A stretch of 64,000 bases of DNA from Patescibacteria group bacterium (GTDB taxonomy: Bacteria > Patescibacteriota > Microgenomatia > UBA1400 > UBA1449), in the NCBI GenBank assembly GCA_050942955.1, contig JBMNOG010000006.1:932-64931 (forward strand), given 5' to 3'. Below the pieces are notes generated by a model that saw only the letters and a program-made list of their open reading frames with translations, had not been told where the DNA came from and ran no database searches. Positions 52,690 through 62,424 of the stretch are shown piece after piece; position 1 is the first letter of the stretch; every line of letters begins with the position of its first letter. A program made the translations under genes and the position numbers.

Positions 52690-53784
52690 TCATCTAATAA
52701 CTCCACCCCCCAATACTACATACAAAGGAATTTCTGCTTGCTCTTTACTTTTTTTATAGAGAACACACGATTGTCCTGGAGAAATGCCAAACTCAGGTTT
52801 TTTCAACTGCATACTATATCCTCCTCCAGTAGTTTTCGAAAGTGTTGCCGACAGAAAATCTCCCGTATTTCTGACTTTGACAAAAACCTGGCTATCTTCA
52901 CCGTTTACTTTCTCAATCCAATGCACGTTACTGATCTCAAACTCCGTTTTCATCGCCTCTTCTCTTTCTCCAACCACAACCACATTCTCCTCTTTTTTGA
53001 TGTCAGTGACATACAGCTTGGGCAATTCATCATTCTTAAATCGGCCTGTAGGAAGTCTTCCCTTTCTTCTCCAACCTCCACGAAAACCTATAGTGAAAAG
53101 CCAATAACCGCCATGCTCTCCTACAACTGTTCCGTCAGAGAGTTGGACTTCACCTTTTTTAATGCCATACTTTTGCCGCAACATCTCCCGGACATTTACA
53201 TCCCCCACAAAGCAAATCCCCATTGAATCATCTTTATCCGCCACCACCAGTTTATGTTTGCGGGCAAGCTCTCTAACTTCTGTCTTCAAGTAGTTTCCTA
53301 AAGGGAAAAGAATATGCAAAAGCTGGTCTTTTCTGAGCCTATATAAAAAGTAGGTTTGGTCCTTAGTTCTGTCTTTTGGTGTTACTAAATGCTCATCAAA
53401 AATCTTTGCATAATGGCCTGAAGCTATAAGCTTGTAACCTTCCTTAAGTGCCCAGTTGTAAAACAAACCAAATTTAATAATTGAGTTACATAAAACATCA
53501 GGGTTAGGAGTTCTTCCTTCTTTGTATTCGCGGTAAAAATAGTCCATCACTTGCTCCTTGTACTCTTTGCGAAAATCAAGAACCTGAAAAGGAAGGTTGA
53601 GCTGCAGAGCCACTTTCATTGCGTCCGCTCTATCCAGATCTGCCCTACACCCCGGCTGCTTCCAGCAAGTTAGATACACAGCATGAACGTCATACCCCTG
53701 CCCTTTTAAAAGAACTGCCGAAACAGCAGAGTCGACTCCGCCTGATAAACCAAGAATTACTTTTTTATTTGAATTCATAGTCAC
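52690..53784 (-). CDS. mnmA: tRNA-specific 2-thiouridylase MnmA.
   Basis: PP-loop SGGVDSAV, catalytic Cys residues and a C-terminal beta-barrel. 364 aa. Confidence 0.9.
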   Translation of the reverse strand: MTMNSNKKVILGLSGGVDSAVSAVLLKGQGYDVHAVYLTCWKQPGCRADLDRADAMKVALQLNLPFQVLDFRKEYKEQVMDYFYREYKEGRTPNPDVLCNSIIKFGLFYNWALKEGYKLIASGHYAKIFDEHLVTPKDRTKDQTYFLYRLRKDQLLHILFPLGNYLKTEVRELARKHKLVVADKDDSMGICFVGDVNVREMLRQKYGIKKGEVQLSDGTVVGEHGGYWLFTIGFRGGWRRKGRLPTGRFKNDELPKLYVTDIKKEENVVVVGEREEAMKTEFEISNVHWIEKVNGEDSQVFVKVRNTGDFLSATLSKTTGGGYSMQLKKPEFGISPGQSCVLYKKSKEQAEIPLYVVLGGGVIR

Positions 53785-54108
53785 GTTTCTTTCTACGTTA
53801 ATTATACCTCTATAAAAGATTAAAACTGAATCGTGGTAAATAGGTATATTTTTAGTCTAACCTATTATCCCTACTTATATATTATAGGAAATACTTTTTC
53901 TTACTATAGGGTATATGTACATCTTATTACTGATATTGCTGTATTTTTTACTTTGAGGAATCTATGTGGAAAACTTTGAGAAAAACTTCTGACAGATGTC
54001 TTATAAGAGCTATTTTTGCAATATCTACCATCAATCCCTATCATCATATTCATCAATTCCTTAGTTTCTGGTATAGTTGAAGTAGTTATCTAACAGCTTC
54101 ACTGCCCT

Positions 54109-55164
54109 ATGAACTACGACGATATTGTCCACATCCTTGGCGACCGAGCTGAGTATCTTCTTAACCACCAGTGTCAGAAAATCAGCAAAGAGTCTCTTCA
54201 CCTTCCTGGAGGGGATTTTGTTGACAGAGTATTCTCTCATTCTGACCGCAATCACAGAGTGCTGCGCAATCTTCAGTGGCTTTTTAGCAGCGGCCGCCTG
54301 GATGGTACCGGTTATCTCTCTATCCTGCCAGTAGATCAGGATATTGAACATACTGCCGGTTTTTCATTTGCACCTAACCCCATCTACCTTGATCCGGAAA
54401 ATATTGTAAAACTTGCCTGGGAAGCAGGCTGCAGTGCGGTTGCTTCAACCTTGGGAATTCTGGGAATTGTTTCCCAAAAGTATGCCCACAAAATTCCTTT
54501 TATTGTTAAAATTAACCATAATGAACTGGTAACATACCCCAACAAGCATGACCAGATCTTATTTGCTAGCGTCAAGCAAGCCTGGAACATGGGGGCGGTT
54601 GGTGTTGGTGCTACGATTTATTTTGGCTCAAAAGAATCTAACCGGCAGCTAGTTGAAGTCAGCCAAGCTTTTCAGGAAGCACATCAACTAGGGATGTTTA
54701 CCGTCCTCTGGTGCTATGTGTGCAATAGTGCTTTTGAAAAAGGCAACACTAACTATGAAGAAGCTGCTGATATCACCTCCCAAGCCAACCACTTAGGTGC
54801 CACCATTGAGGCTGATATTGTGAAGCAAAAACTTCCGACTTCAAACAAGGGCTTTGAAGTTATTAAGTTCGGCAAGTATTCACAAGAAATGTACGACAAA
54901 CTCGTTACCGATCACCCTATCGACTTGGTTAGATACCAAGTTGCTAACGGCTACATGGGTAGAATCGGGCTTATTAGTTCTGGTGGAGCTTCCGGAGATA
55001 ATGATTTTTACGAATCAATTAAAACAGCTGTTATTAATAAACGCGGTGGTGGCATGGGGCTTATTTTAGGTAGAAAAGCTTTTCAAAAACCTATGAATGA
55101 AGGGGTTCAGCTGCTTAACGCTGTTCAGGATGTATACAGGGAACCAAGGATTACTATTGCTTAG
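54109..55164 (+). CDS. Class I fructose-bisphosphate aldolase (DhnA/FbaB-type, DeoC/LacD aldolase superfamily).
   Basis: 351-aa TIM-barrel protein with conserved Schiff-base region ...[11 protein letters not shown]... and overall similarity to archaeal-type class I FBA. Confidence 0.75.
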   Translation: MNYDDIVHILGDRAEYLLNHQCQKISKESLHLPGGDFVDRVFSHSDRNHRVLRNLQWLFSSGRLDGTGYLSILPVDQDIEHTAGFSFAPNPIYLDPENIVKLAWEAGCSAVASTLGILGIVSQKYAHKIPFIVKINHNELVTYPNKHDQILFASVKQAWNMGAVGVGATIYFGSKESNRQLVEVSQAFQEAHQLGMFTVLWCYVCNSAFEKGNTNYEEAADITSQANHLGATIEADIVKQKLPTSNKGFEVIKFGKYSQEMYDKLVTDHPIDLVRYQVANGYMGRIGLISSGGASGDNDFYESIKTAVINKRGGGMGLILGRKAFQKPMNEGVQLLNAVQDVYREPRITIA

Positions 55165-56033
55165 GGTTTAAGCAGACAGTGTTTTGACGAGTATGCAACT
55201 ACTGCCTCTGCTGTTCCTGGCTTAAACTCCGGAGCTGAGTTTACTTCCAGAATGTATGGTTTATTGTTATCCTTATTAATAACAATATCTACTCCTCCAA
55301 GTGAATATCCCACAGCATTCTTTGCCTTTATTGCAAGTTGCAAAATTTCACTATCAACCCCACTTACTTTTAGCATCTCACGCCTTGCCCCCAGTGAAGT
55401 GTTATTTCGCCACTCCCGTTTCTGAATCCTGGTTCTTTTGATAACAGCTCCTATTATTTCTCCAACAACTGTAATTCTTAAATCATAATCATTTGGAACA
55501 AAACCTTGAAACAGGAATTCGATACTTCCATCGTGTTTAGTGATAAATCCCCCCAGTTCTTTCTCATCTTTAAAGAGAAAACAATCTGCTCCGTGGTCAC
55601 CAAAAATATGTTTAGCCACAACAGGAAAGCCTAGTTCTTTTTTAAGGAGAGAAACTGCTTGACTGCTCTTTGCGGCATTAAGTGGGAAAAGAATGCTTTT
55701 AGCAAAAGCTAGACCTTCCCGGGCAAAACAACAGTATTGGAATAGTTTATTGGTAGTGTTTCCAGTTTTAATCGTTTGCAGTAAGGGTAAGTCAGGATAA
55801 AGCCCTAGAACTGCCTGGTAAAGGGGGATGTTACTCCTCAATCCTCGAAAATATACTAGGTCAAAGCTCTTAACATTTAGTGCATTAAACAAAACAAATG
55901 ACTTCGTCTTACTAAGAATGAAACAAACATCTCTGAAACTAGCAAAGGATACCGACTTTCCTAAAGTACTTTGGAAGTACCCGGATACTTTTTCATCAAT
56001 TTCTTTAGGGAAAACAACTAATAGTTTTCTCAT
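55161..56033 (-). CDS. RimK-like ATP-grasp ligase (alpha-L-glutamate ligase family).
   Basis: ATP-grasp motifs [20 protein letters not shown] ... [17 protein letters not shown] ... [25 protein letters not shown]. The start overlaps the upstream gene by 4 nt. Confidence 0.75.
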   Translation of the reverse strand: MRKLLVVFPKEIDEKVSGYFQSTLGKSVSFASFRDVCFILSKTKSFVLFNALNVKSFDLVYFRGLRSNIPLYQAVLGLYPDLPLLQTIKTGNTTNKLFQYCCFAREGLAFAKSILFPLNAAKSSQAVSLLKKELGFPVVAKHIFGDHGADCFLFKDEKELGGFITKHDGSIEFLFQGFVPNDYDLRITVVGEIIGAVIKRTRIQKREWRNNTSLGARREMLKVSGVDSEILQLAIKAKNAVGYSLGGVDIVINKDNNKPYILEVNSAPEFKPGTAEAVVAYSSKHCLLKP

Positions 56034-56947
56034 AATTGCAGTTTTCTGAAGTTAAATAACAGTAGTGTCACAGCGTTTGTATGTTCAGCAAATTCAAATG
56101 AGTTATTTTCCTCTCTGAGGATATATCCTTTACTAAGACTGAAGTTATCTTCCACTCGCTTATTTACAGATTCAATATAGGCTCGGTTTTCCATCCCTAA
56201 CATCTTCATACACAATGCAACTTCTACATTTATATCCAACGACAACCTTGTAAAGATATCATCAGTCAATCTGTTAAAAGCTTCTCCTACCCACCTATAC
56301 TTAGCTCTTTGTACTTGTTGCTGGTAAAAGTTTGAGTCTCCGATAATTATATGAGTAAGTCCATAAACATAGTTATTAAAGATTTCATCATCTGCCAATA
56401 ACTTATTATTAAAGATCTCGGTAAAAAGGTTAAGGTAATCGTCAATAATATCAGCTATATTAAACTGCTTACTAAGATACGCTGTATTGGTAGCCGAAAC
56501 GGTAGCATAAAGCACGAACCTACTATCTGTCAGCACTTTTTCCGGATAAGCACTGAATAACTCCTGGCGCATTTGCTTCTTTAGCACCCCAAAAACATTC
56601 ATATAGTACATATACCAGATAAGACAGTGATAAGAGTAAAGATCTATTCTTCTTAACCATTGTTGTCTTTTTTGTGTATCATTTATTTTTCTGGACTTAT
56701 ATCTTTCAACTTCTCCTTGTTTCTTCTGAAAATAGTTTTTAGGATCTTCAAGGAATGAATTTATTTCTTTAATCCCCTTTTCTTTAGTATAGTCATACGC
56801 CAATTCAAAAAGCTGCTTTTTAAGATCTTCTTTTCCTGTAGCCAGCCATGCCCTATATAAAAAATGCCTCCCCTTGTCTTTGGGGAGTTCATTAATTTTA
56901 GTAGTGTATGTTTTAATAATTGATTCACTGATATATCTGATATCCAT
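56030..56947 (-). CDS. Hypothetical protein (305 aa, soluble, Y/F/N-rich) in the ATP-grasp cassette.
   Basis: No recognisable motif. It is translationally coupled to the downstream ATP-grasp gene. Confidence 0.5.
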   Translation of the reverse strand: MDIRYISESIIKTYTTKINELPKDKGRHFLYRAWLATGKEDLKKQLFELAYDYTKEKGIKEINSFLEDPKNYFQKKQGEVERYKSRKINDTQKRQQWLRRIDLYSYHCLIWYMYYMNVFGVLKKQMRQELFSAYPEKVLTDSRFVLYATVSATNTAYLSKQFNIADIIDDYLNLFTEIFNNKLLADDEIFNNYVYGLTHIIIGDSNFYQQQVQRAKYRWVGEAFNRLTDDIFTRLSLDINVEVALCMKMLGMENRAYIESVNKRVEDNFSLSKGYILREENNSFEFAEHTNAVTLLLFNFRKLQL

Positions 56948-56970
56948 ACATATACCCGTATTTCATTTCT

Positions 56971-58275
56971 TTACAGTTCATATTCCTCAACCTCTCCCGG
57001 GTCAATAACAAAGCCTTTAAGATATCTTCTCCCCACCAAAATTTTAGCTTTTAAGTGAGCTCGGTTAGCAACGTGAGCAAGCGCACGAATTTTCCTTCCC
57101 CTGAGCCAAAACTCAACCTCAATAACCGGCCTTTTTTCTTTTCCTAAAGATGATTCCACCTGCGTTTCATATAGTATATTTGACTTATTAAGTAACCCTA
57201 GCTCTGTAGCTAGTTTTTTATCTATACTAACGTTAAAAGCTCCTGTGTCCATTTTGGCCACCAGATCCATCTTCTTCCCTCCATCATATTCAAGTTGAAT
57301 ATTTTCGAATATTCCCAGAATTGGCCTTCCCTTCTCAATTTTTACTTTATCGGAAAATTGTTCAGCAAACAGAATTTCAGCAACCTCGATTCCTTTATAC
57401 GGCTGGGTTATGTCAAGATCATCTACTCTTCGCAGACGGCGCAACAATCCCTTTTGGTTAGCCAGTTGTATCTGAAGTCCAGGTTGATCGTTAAGCTCCA
57501 GAACCAAAGGACCTTTCTCTTCATCCAGGACAATATCTACACCCAAGTAACCGAGTCCAGATACTCGCTGAGTATCCACCGCTACTTTAAGAAGCTCTCT
57601 CCAGAACGGAATTCTCAAACCATTAACCTTCTTATTTGTTCCGGGAATATGAGTAATAACCTGATCGTAGTGCACACCATGAGTTGTAATTCCCGTTGCC
57701 ATATCAACCCCTAATCCAACCGCTCCCTGATGTAGGTTGGCTTTACCATCGCTCTCTTTGGTTGGTAGGCGCAGCATAGCCATAACAGGAATCTTATTAA
57801 AGACGATAACTCGAATATCGGGGGTTCCCCCTTTCGCATATCGGGAAAATTTGGGGTGAATTTTTACTCTTTCCTCGATAAAAGCCTTGTCAGGAGCTCT
57901 ATTTCTAGAGTATCTTCCTTCGATGATATCAGCAGCATGGAGTTTCAGATCATTAACCCTCACTTTTTGGCCATTCATAAGCACCCATTCTCCTGCATAT
58001 TCCAAAGGCTTCTTTACTACTAAAATCCCTTCTCCCCCATATCCTTCGCTGGGTTTTATAACAAAACCATTCCGCAAACTCAACCAATCAAATTCCTGAA
58101 TATCAGTGCTTGAGTTTAAAATCGTAATCAGTTTTGGATGAGGGATTTTATTTTTGCGAAGGACTTTTTTGGTCAATAGCTTTGAATCTGCTACTTTTCG
58201 ACCAAATTTTTTATTCAATCTTAGATAGCGTCGATTACGGGCATTCATACCAAGTATGTCGCTGAGCTTTGCCAT
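56971..58275 (-). CDS. RimK-related alpha-L-glutamate-ligase-like ATP-grasp enzyme fused to a C-terminal retropepsin-like (putative zinc-protease family) aspartyl-protease domain.
   Basis: N-terminal LGMNARNRRYL... region and an ATP-grasp core (PSEGYGGEGILVV, DIVLDEEKGPLVLELNDQPGL). The C-terminal domain contains the aspartic-protease signature KMDTGAFNVSI (DTGA). Confidence 0.65.
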   Translation of the reverse strand: MAKLSDILGMNARNRRYLRLNKKFGRKVADSKLLTKKVLRKNKIPHPKLITILNSSTDIQEFDWLSLRNGFVIKPSEGYGGEGILVVKKPLEYAGEWVLMNGQKVRVNDLKLHAADIIEGRYSRNRAPDKAFIEERVKIHPKFSRYAKGGTPDIRVIVFNKIPVMAMLRLPTKESDGKANLHQGAVGLGVDMATGITTHGVHYDQVITHIPGTNKKVNGLRIPFWRELLKVAVDTQRVSGLGYLGVDIVLDEEKGPLVLELNDQPGLQIQLANQKGLLRRLRRVDDLDITQPYKGIEVAEILFAEQFSDKVKIEKGRPILGIFENIQLEYDGGKKMDLVAKMDTGAFNVSIDKKLATELGLLNKSNILYETQVESSLGKEKRPVIEVEFWLRGRKIRALAHVANRAHLKAKILVGRRYLKGFVIDPGEVEEYEL

Positions 58276-58337
58276 AGTGTAAATAAGTCAGTATTTGTAA
58301 AGATTAGAGAAACAAATCGAGGTAAAGTCTATCTAAA

Positions 58338-59294
58338 CTATGATTGGACTAATTTTCTAAAGCGCCAGATCTCCAAGAGACGCAAGCCTGAGTACTGCTC
58401 TACCAGAGCTATGACAGTTACTAAGCTTATAACAAATAGTTCTGGATTAACCAAAGCAAACTTTTGTAGAATTTCCCAGTTCATAAGATAGAAACACATA
58501 ACAGCAACTATTAAAGTCTCTACTGTAATTATTAGTGCTTGGGAAAAACTGCGAGTGATCTGTAAGTCAAGAAAGTCTTCAACTAGTAAAATAAGAATTA
58601 AAATCGGGAAAATACCAATAGTAATTAATGCTTCAGCCCTTAACGCTGGAGATATTAGTAAAATACCAAGTACGGTTAATGATACAAACAGAATGAATAA
58701 AGCCATTCTCGGCAAGTACTGAATACGGGCTCGTTTAAGAAGCATTCTAAGCAGTGTAGCCACAAAAAGAATCGCAATAAAAAGAAAAATACCAACCGTT
58801 AACCCTGTAGCCAAAAACGCTACTGCCAAAAGTGCCGGAGTAAAGATACCAAAACTCTTTAATCCAACCACATGCCGAGCAATAACAACAACTGTAGCCA
58901 CTAATGGAAAAAGTAGTATTAGTACTATAGTATTAGCAGGCACTCCCTGTGCTATGGCTGATCTGATAGCATGGCGCCCAACATTAAGCGGATTCAGTTC
59001 CCCTACTGGATTTTCTTCAAGATATTTCTCTAATTTTCCTTTTACTTCAGGTTTTGGCTCAGTAAGGTCTGGTTCTTTTTCAACCACTTTTTTGACAATT
59101 GAAGAAGCAGAGGCCTCTTTTTTCTCTCCAGACAGTGATGCCTCTGCCGAGACACTCGCATCGAGAGAAATCTCAGGAGTAGGACTTGGTGAAGTTCGCG
59201 TCTGGGCTACAACAGGATCTGCAAAAAGGGAGAAACCTAGAAAGAGACAAGATAGAAAAAAAATACTATTCGTTATAAAAGCTAGCTTATTCAT
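58338..59294 (-). CDS. 7TM integral membrane protein (7TM module of the kind usually partnered with RimK-like ligases), with a signal peptide and an S/E/P-rich N-terminal linker.
   Basis: Signal peptide MNKLAFITNSIFFLSCLFLGFSLFADPVVAQ, a low-complexity linker of about 80 aa and 7 predicted TM helices. Confidence 0.6.
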   Translation of the reverse strand: MNKLAFITNSIFFLSCLFLGFSLFADPVVAQTRTSPSPTPEISLDASVSAEASLSGEKKEASASSIVKKVVEKEPDLTEPKPEVKGKLEKYLEENPVGELNPLNVGRHAIRSAIAQGVPANTIVLILLFPLVATVVVIARHVVGLKSFGIFTPALLAVAFLATGLTVGIFLFIAILFVATLLRMLLKRARIQYLPRMALFILFVSLTVLGILLISPALRAEALITIGIFPILILILLVEDFLDLQITRSFSQALIITVETLIVAVMCFYLMNWEILQKFALVNPELFVISLVTVIALVEQYSGLRLLEIWRFRKLVQS

Positions 59295-62200
59295 ATGGTA
59301 ATTATTATACCATCGCAGACAAATGCATGTTTCCCTCTAAGAAAATAAGGAAAGCATAAAGTTCACAATTACAGAAAGTACACCATCTATAAAACAAGAA
59401 ATGTGTTTTTATAGCATAGTTAAATGTTCAAAAGTAAAATACATGGCTCAAAAAGCATGAGAAAACAAGTAATGGGGAAAATACATATGGAAAATCTCAG
59501 TTACAGAACTAACTTCTGTTCTGTTTAAAGCAAATATATTGATTTAACAGTTAATTAAATAATGTATAAACAATTATTGTTTTATAAATCAATAAAATTT
59601 AATTTCTAAAATTTTGAAATCTTCATTTAAGCTTAATATTTTGAGTCACCATCAAATAAAAAATATTTAATTAAACGTGCCAAAATCTCGAAAACTGGTG
59701 TAACAAGAAAAATGGCCCAAAAAAACCATTAAAAATAAATAAATAAAGCAATGTAATAGAAAATGTAATACCTTCACCAGCAGCAATTTGTATTTAATAT
59801 AAGCACCACCACTTCAAAGCATAAGTAAATAGCTAAGAGGTATAATTTAGTATCAAGCAAAAACGGTAAAAAGGTATTGTCACTAGCAACTAAATGAAAA
59901 AATACATTTGTCAGCACACATTTGTAAGTTTTCCACATATAGCCACTGTTTGCTAGACTACTAGTACTATGTGTCTATGTTTGCTAGCTATTCGTTATAC
60001 TGTTTGATAGCACAAAATAAAAACATAAATAATTTTCACTACTTAAAAAATATACATTGACATTTTTCATCACAGAGTGCTTAAACACACACCATCACTA
60101 TAACATATTTAGTGGTGTCAATAATTACTAGATACAAATAATAACATCACTACTAATATAGTGATACTTTTTGCTGACATAAATTTGGAAGATTAAAATA
60201 ATATGTAATTATTTCGGTTATGCTTTTGTATTGCGACTCCAGCTCTGTTCGCTGTAACTTATGTCACCTGCCTTATGTTTTAATTGTAGTTGGATAAGAA
60301 AACAGTTAAGTATATTTCGGAAAATATTTTACTCATTTGATGGCGTAAACTAAATTTATATGCCATCACAATAATTACTACTTCAGCAAATATTATAGGA
60401 AGATCGAACAAATACCACCACTTTCAGTTTAGCGCAATATCTATCTCTAATTAACATTAAACTTACTTCTAAAAATGGCATCAGCACTGATTTTAACAGA
60501 GGTAGATTAATTCTAAGCCTGTTCTAGCTATTCTTGTAAAACTCACCTAGATTCCAGTCATCAGGGCTATTAGAAAAATACTGGTTTTTTATCAAGTTAA
60601 ACATTTTTTTAGTGTTTTGTAAGTTTTACTGCCACTGTCTGGCACAACAATAAGAGTAAATTCCTACCAAAACAGAATGCGGAAATTTTATTCTTTGTAA
60701 GGTTCTCATTTATATCTGAAAAGGAAAAAGTAATCTTACTCGTCTTTGCAAATTAATATACTCTATGTACTCAATTTATGCTGTAAAATAAGCTTATATT
60801 TAATGATTGAATGTCTAGCACTTACTTCCTGAGATTGACAGATTTAAGACGTGTTGAAGGAAAGTTCTTTGTTTACATATCCTAGTTTATATCCGCAAGC
60901 AGAAAATTTAGAATTACAGAGGAACACATTGTACTAAACACCGTCATTTTACCGATTTTTAAACACTTACACAAATTTACCTCTAGAACTTTGATCTTCC
61001 GATTGTCTAATTTAAGTTCCCCAGTTTAATAGGGGAACTTAAATTTAAGTAGAGATTGGTTGATAGGTAATATATATCAAAACAATATCTTCTATATCAA
61101 TTAGAATAAACTCTTTGTTTATGCCTTCTCATCCTTCATTTATACCAAAATCGACAGTTTCTAATAGATATATGTTTTTGTTTTGTTCGTACTATAGATT
61201 AACCGAAGTTTACGTTCTTATTATATAACCTATCTATTTAAGCATGTTCTCCTCTTCCTGAATAAAATAGCACTTTCCTTTAGTTAATGCTAGCTAATTT
61301 TTGAGCCCTTTTTTCTTGAAACAATAGTAATTACACAAACTGTAAATATTTTTTCATTTAAGCCATTCTTAAAAATTCCCAACCACTCTCTTATTGAATG
61401 TTTCACTTTTTTGTTTAAGTATCTTATTATTGGTGCACTGTCCTACTAGCACCTTATGTTTAAGCCATATTGGTAGTTATTATCTTAAAATTGTAAAGCT
61501 TGAATTATCTTAGTAGTTATCGTAATAACTTCGGTTGTACTTCTATTCTCCAAGTTAATGCTTATTCGTCATAGGTCAAGTTATAGGGATTTATTTATTT
61601 TAAAAAACTATACTTTCGTTCTTATTAATATATCTTATTATATCTAATTAAGTCAGTGCATTTAATTTACATAGATAGATGTGATCCTACTCTGTTGCGT
61701 ACAACCGTTTAAATTCTTTTGTTGGAATTCTTATATTTTTTCTTATATAAACTGTCGCATGATACTGTTAGAATTGGTTTGCTTCCCCACCAATCAGCTC
61801 ATCTTCTCTTTATTGATTAGAAGTTTACTTTTTTAACTGAGGTAAATCTTATAAAAGACATTCTAAACATAAACAATAAAGTAAAAGAGGTGAATCAAAG
61901 TAGTTTATTACATAGTATTTCAAAGACGAGACTTGGGGTTTCCAATTTTACTCTTTTTTCTAAAACTATAAGACATAAAACAAATATCATTTCAACACGT
62001 TATCCACAATTTAATACTCATTATTATAAGATAGTAACAATAGATATAAATTATTCCTTTATAATCAATAAAAATATGCTAATAACCATAATTTTATTAC
62101 AACTTAGGAAAAAATGAAATTGTTCACAATTTGTTGCCGTGCCTCTCTTCTCAAACCTAAGCCATCCAGATATTAAATATATGCAACCTTAGGTTTTTAT

Positions 62201-62424
62201 ATCTTTTTATATCATTGAATTGTTCCAGCTACTGATCACCTATCAAGATAATCAATTTATCTAGTATAAATTATAGGATTTAATTGACACTAATTTTTCA
62301 GGTCAAAGCTGCTAGTTTTATACATGCTCCCCTTTTTCCTATTTGACAGCGTGTGAAAATCTTTTTTATTATAGTAATAGGAAGAAATAAAAGTTATGCA
62401 AACTTATGCACTAACAGGCTAAAG

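Noticed and set aside
52684-53226. 180-aa and 107-aa plus-strand ORFs.
   Set aside because: They are antisense to the well-supported mnmA gene, with no start or SD context.
54061-54590. Short ORFs at 54061-54351 (-), 54125-54334 (+) and 54384-54590 (-) around the aldolase gene start.
   Set aside because: They overlap the fba coding region, which has strong homology-like motifs. There is no independent support.
59295-62424. Considered whether the AT-rich desert hides a CRISPR array or tandem repeat cluster.
   Set aside because: No regularly spaced direct repeats of 24-40 bp were found. Only isolated short inverted repeats are present. I could not find any cas genes in the window.
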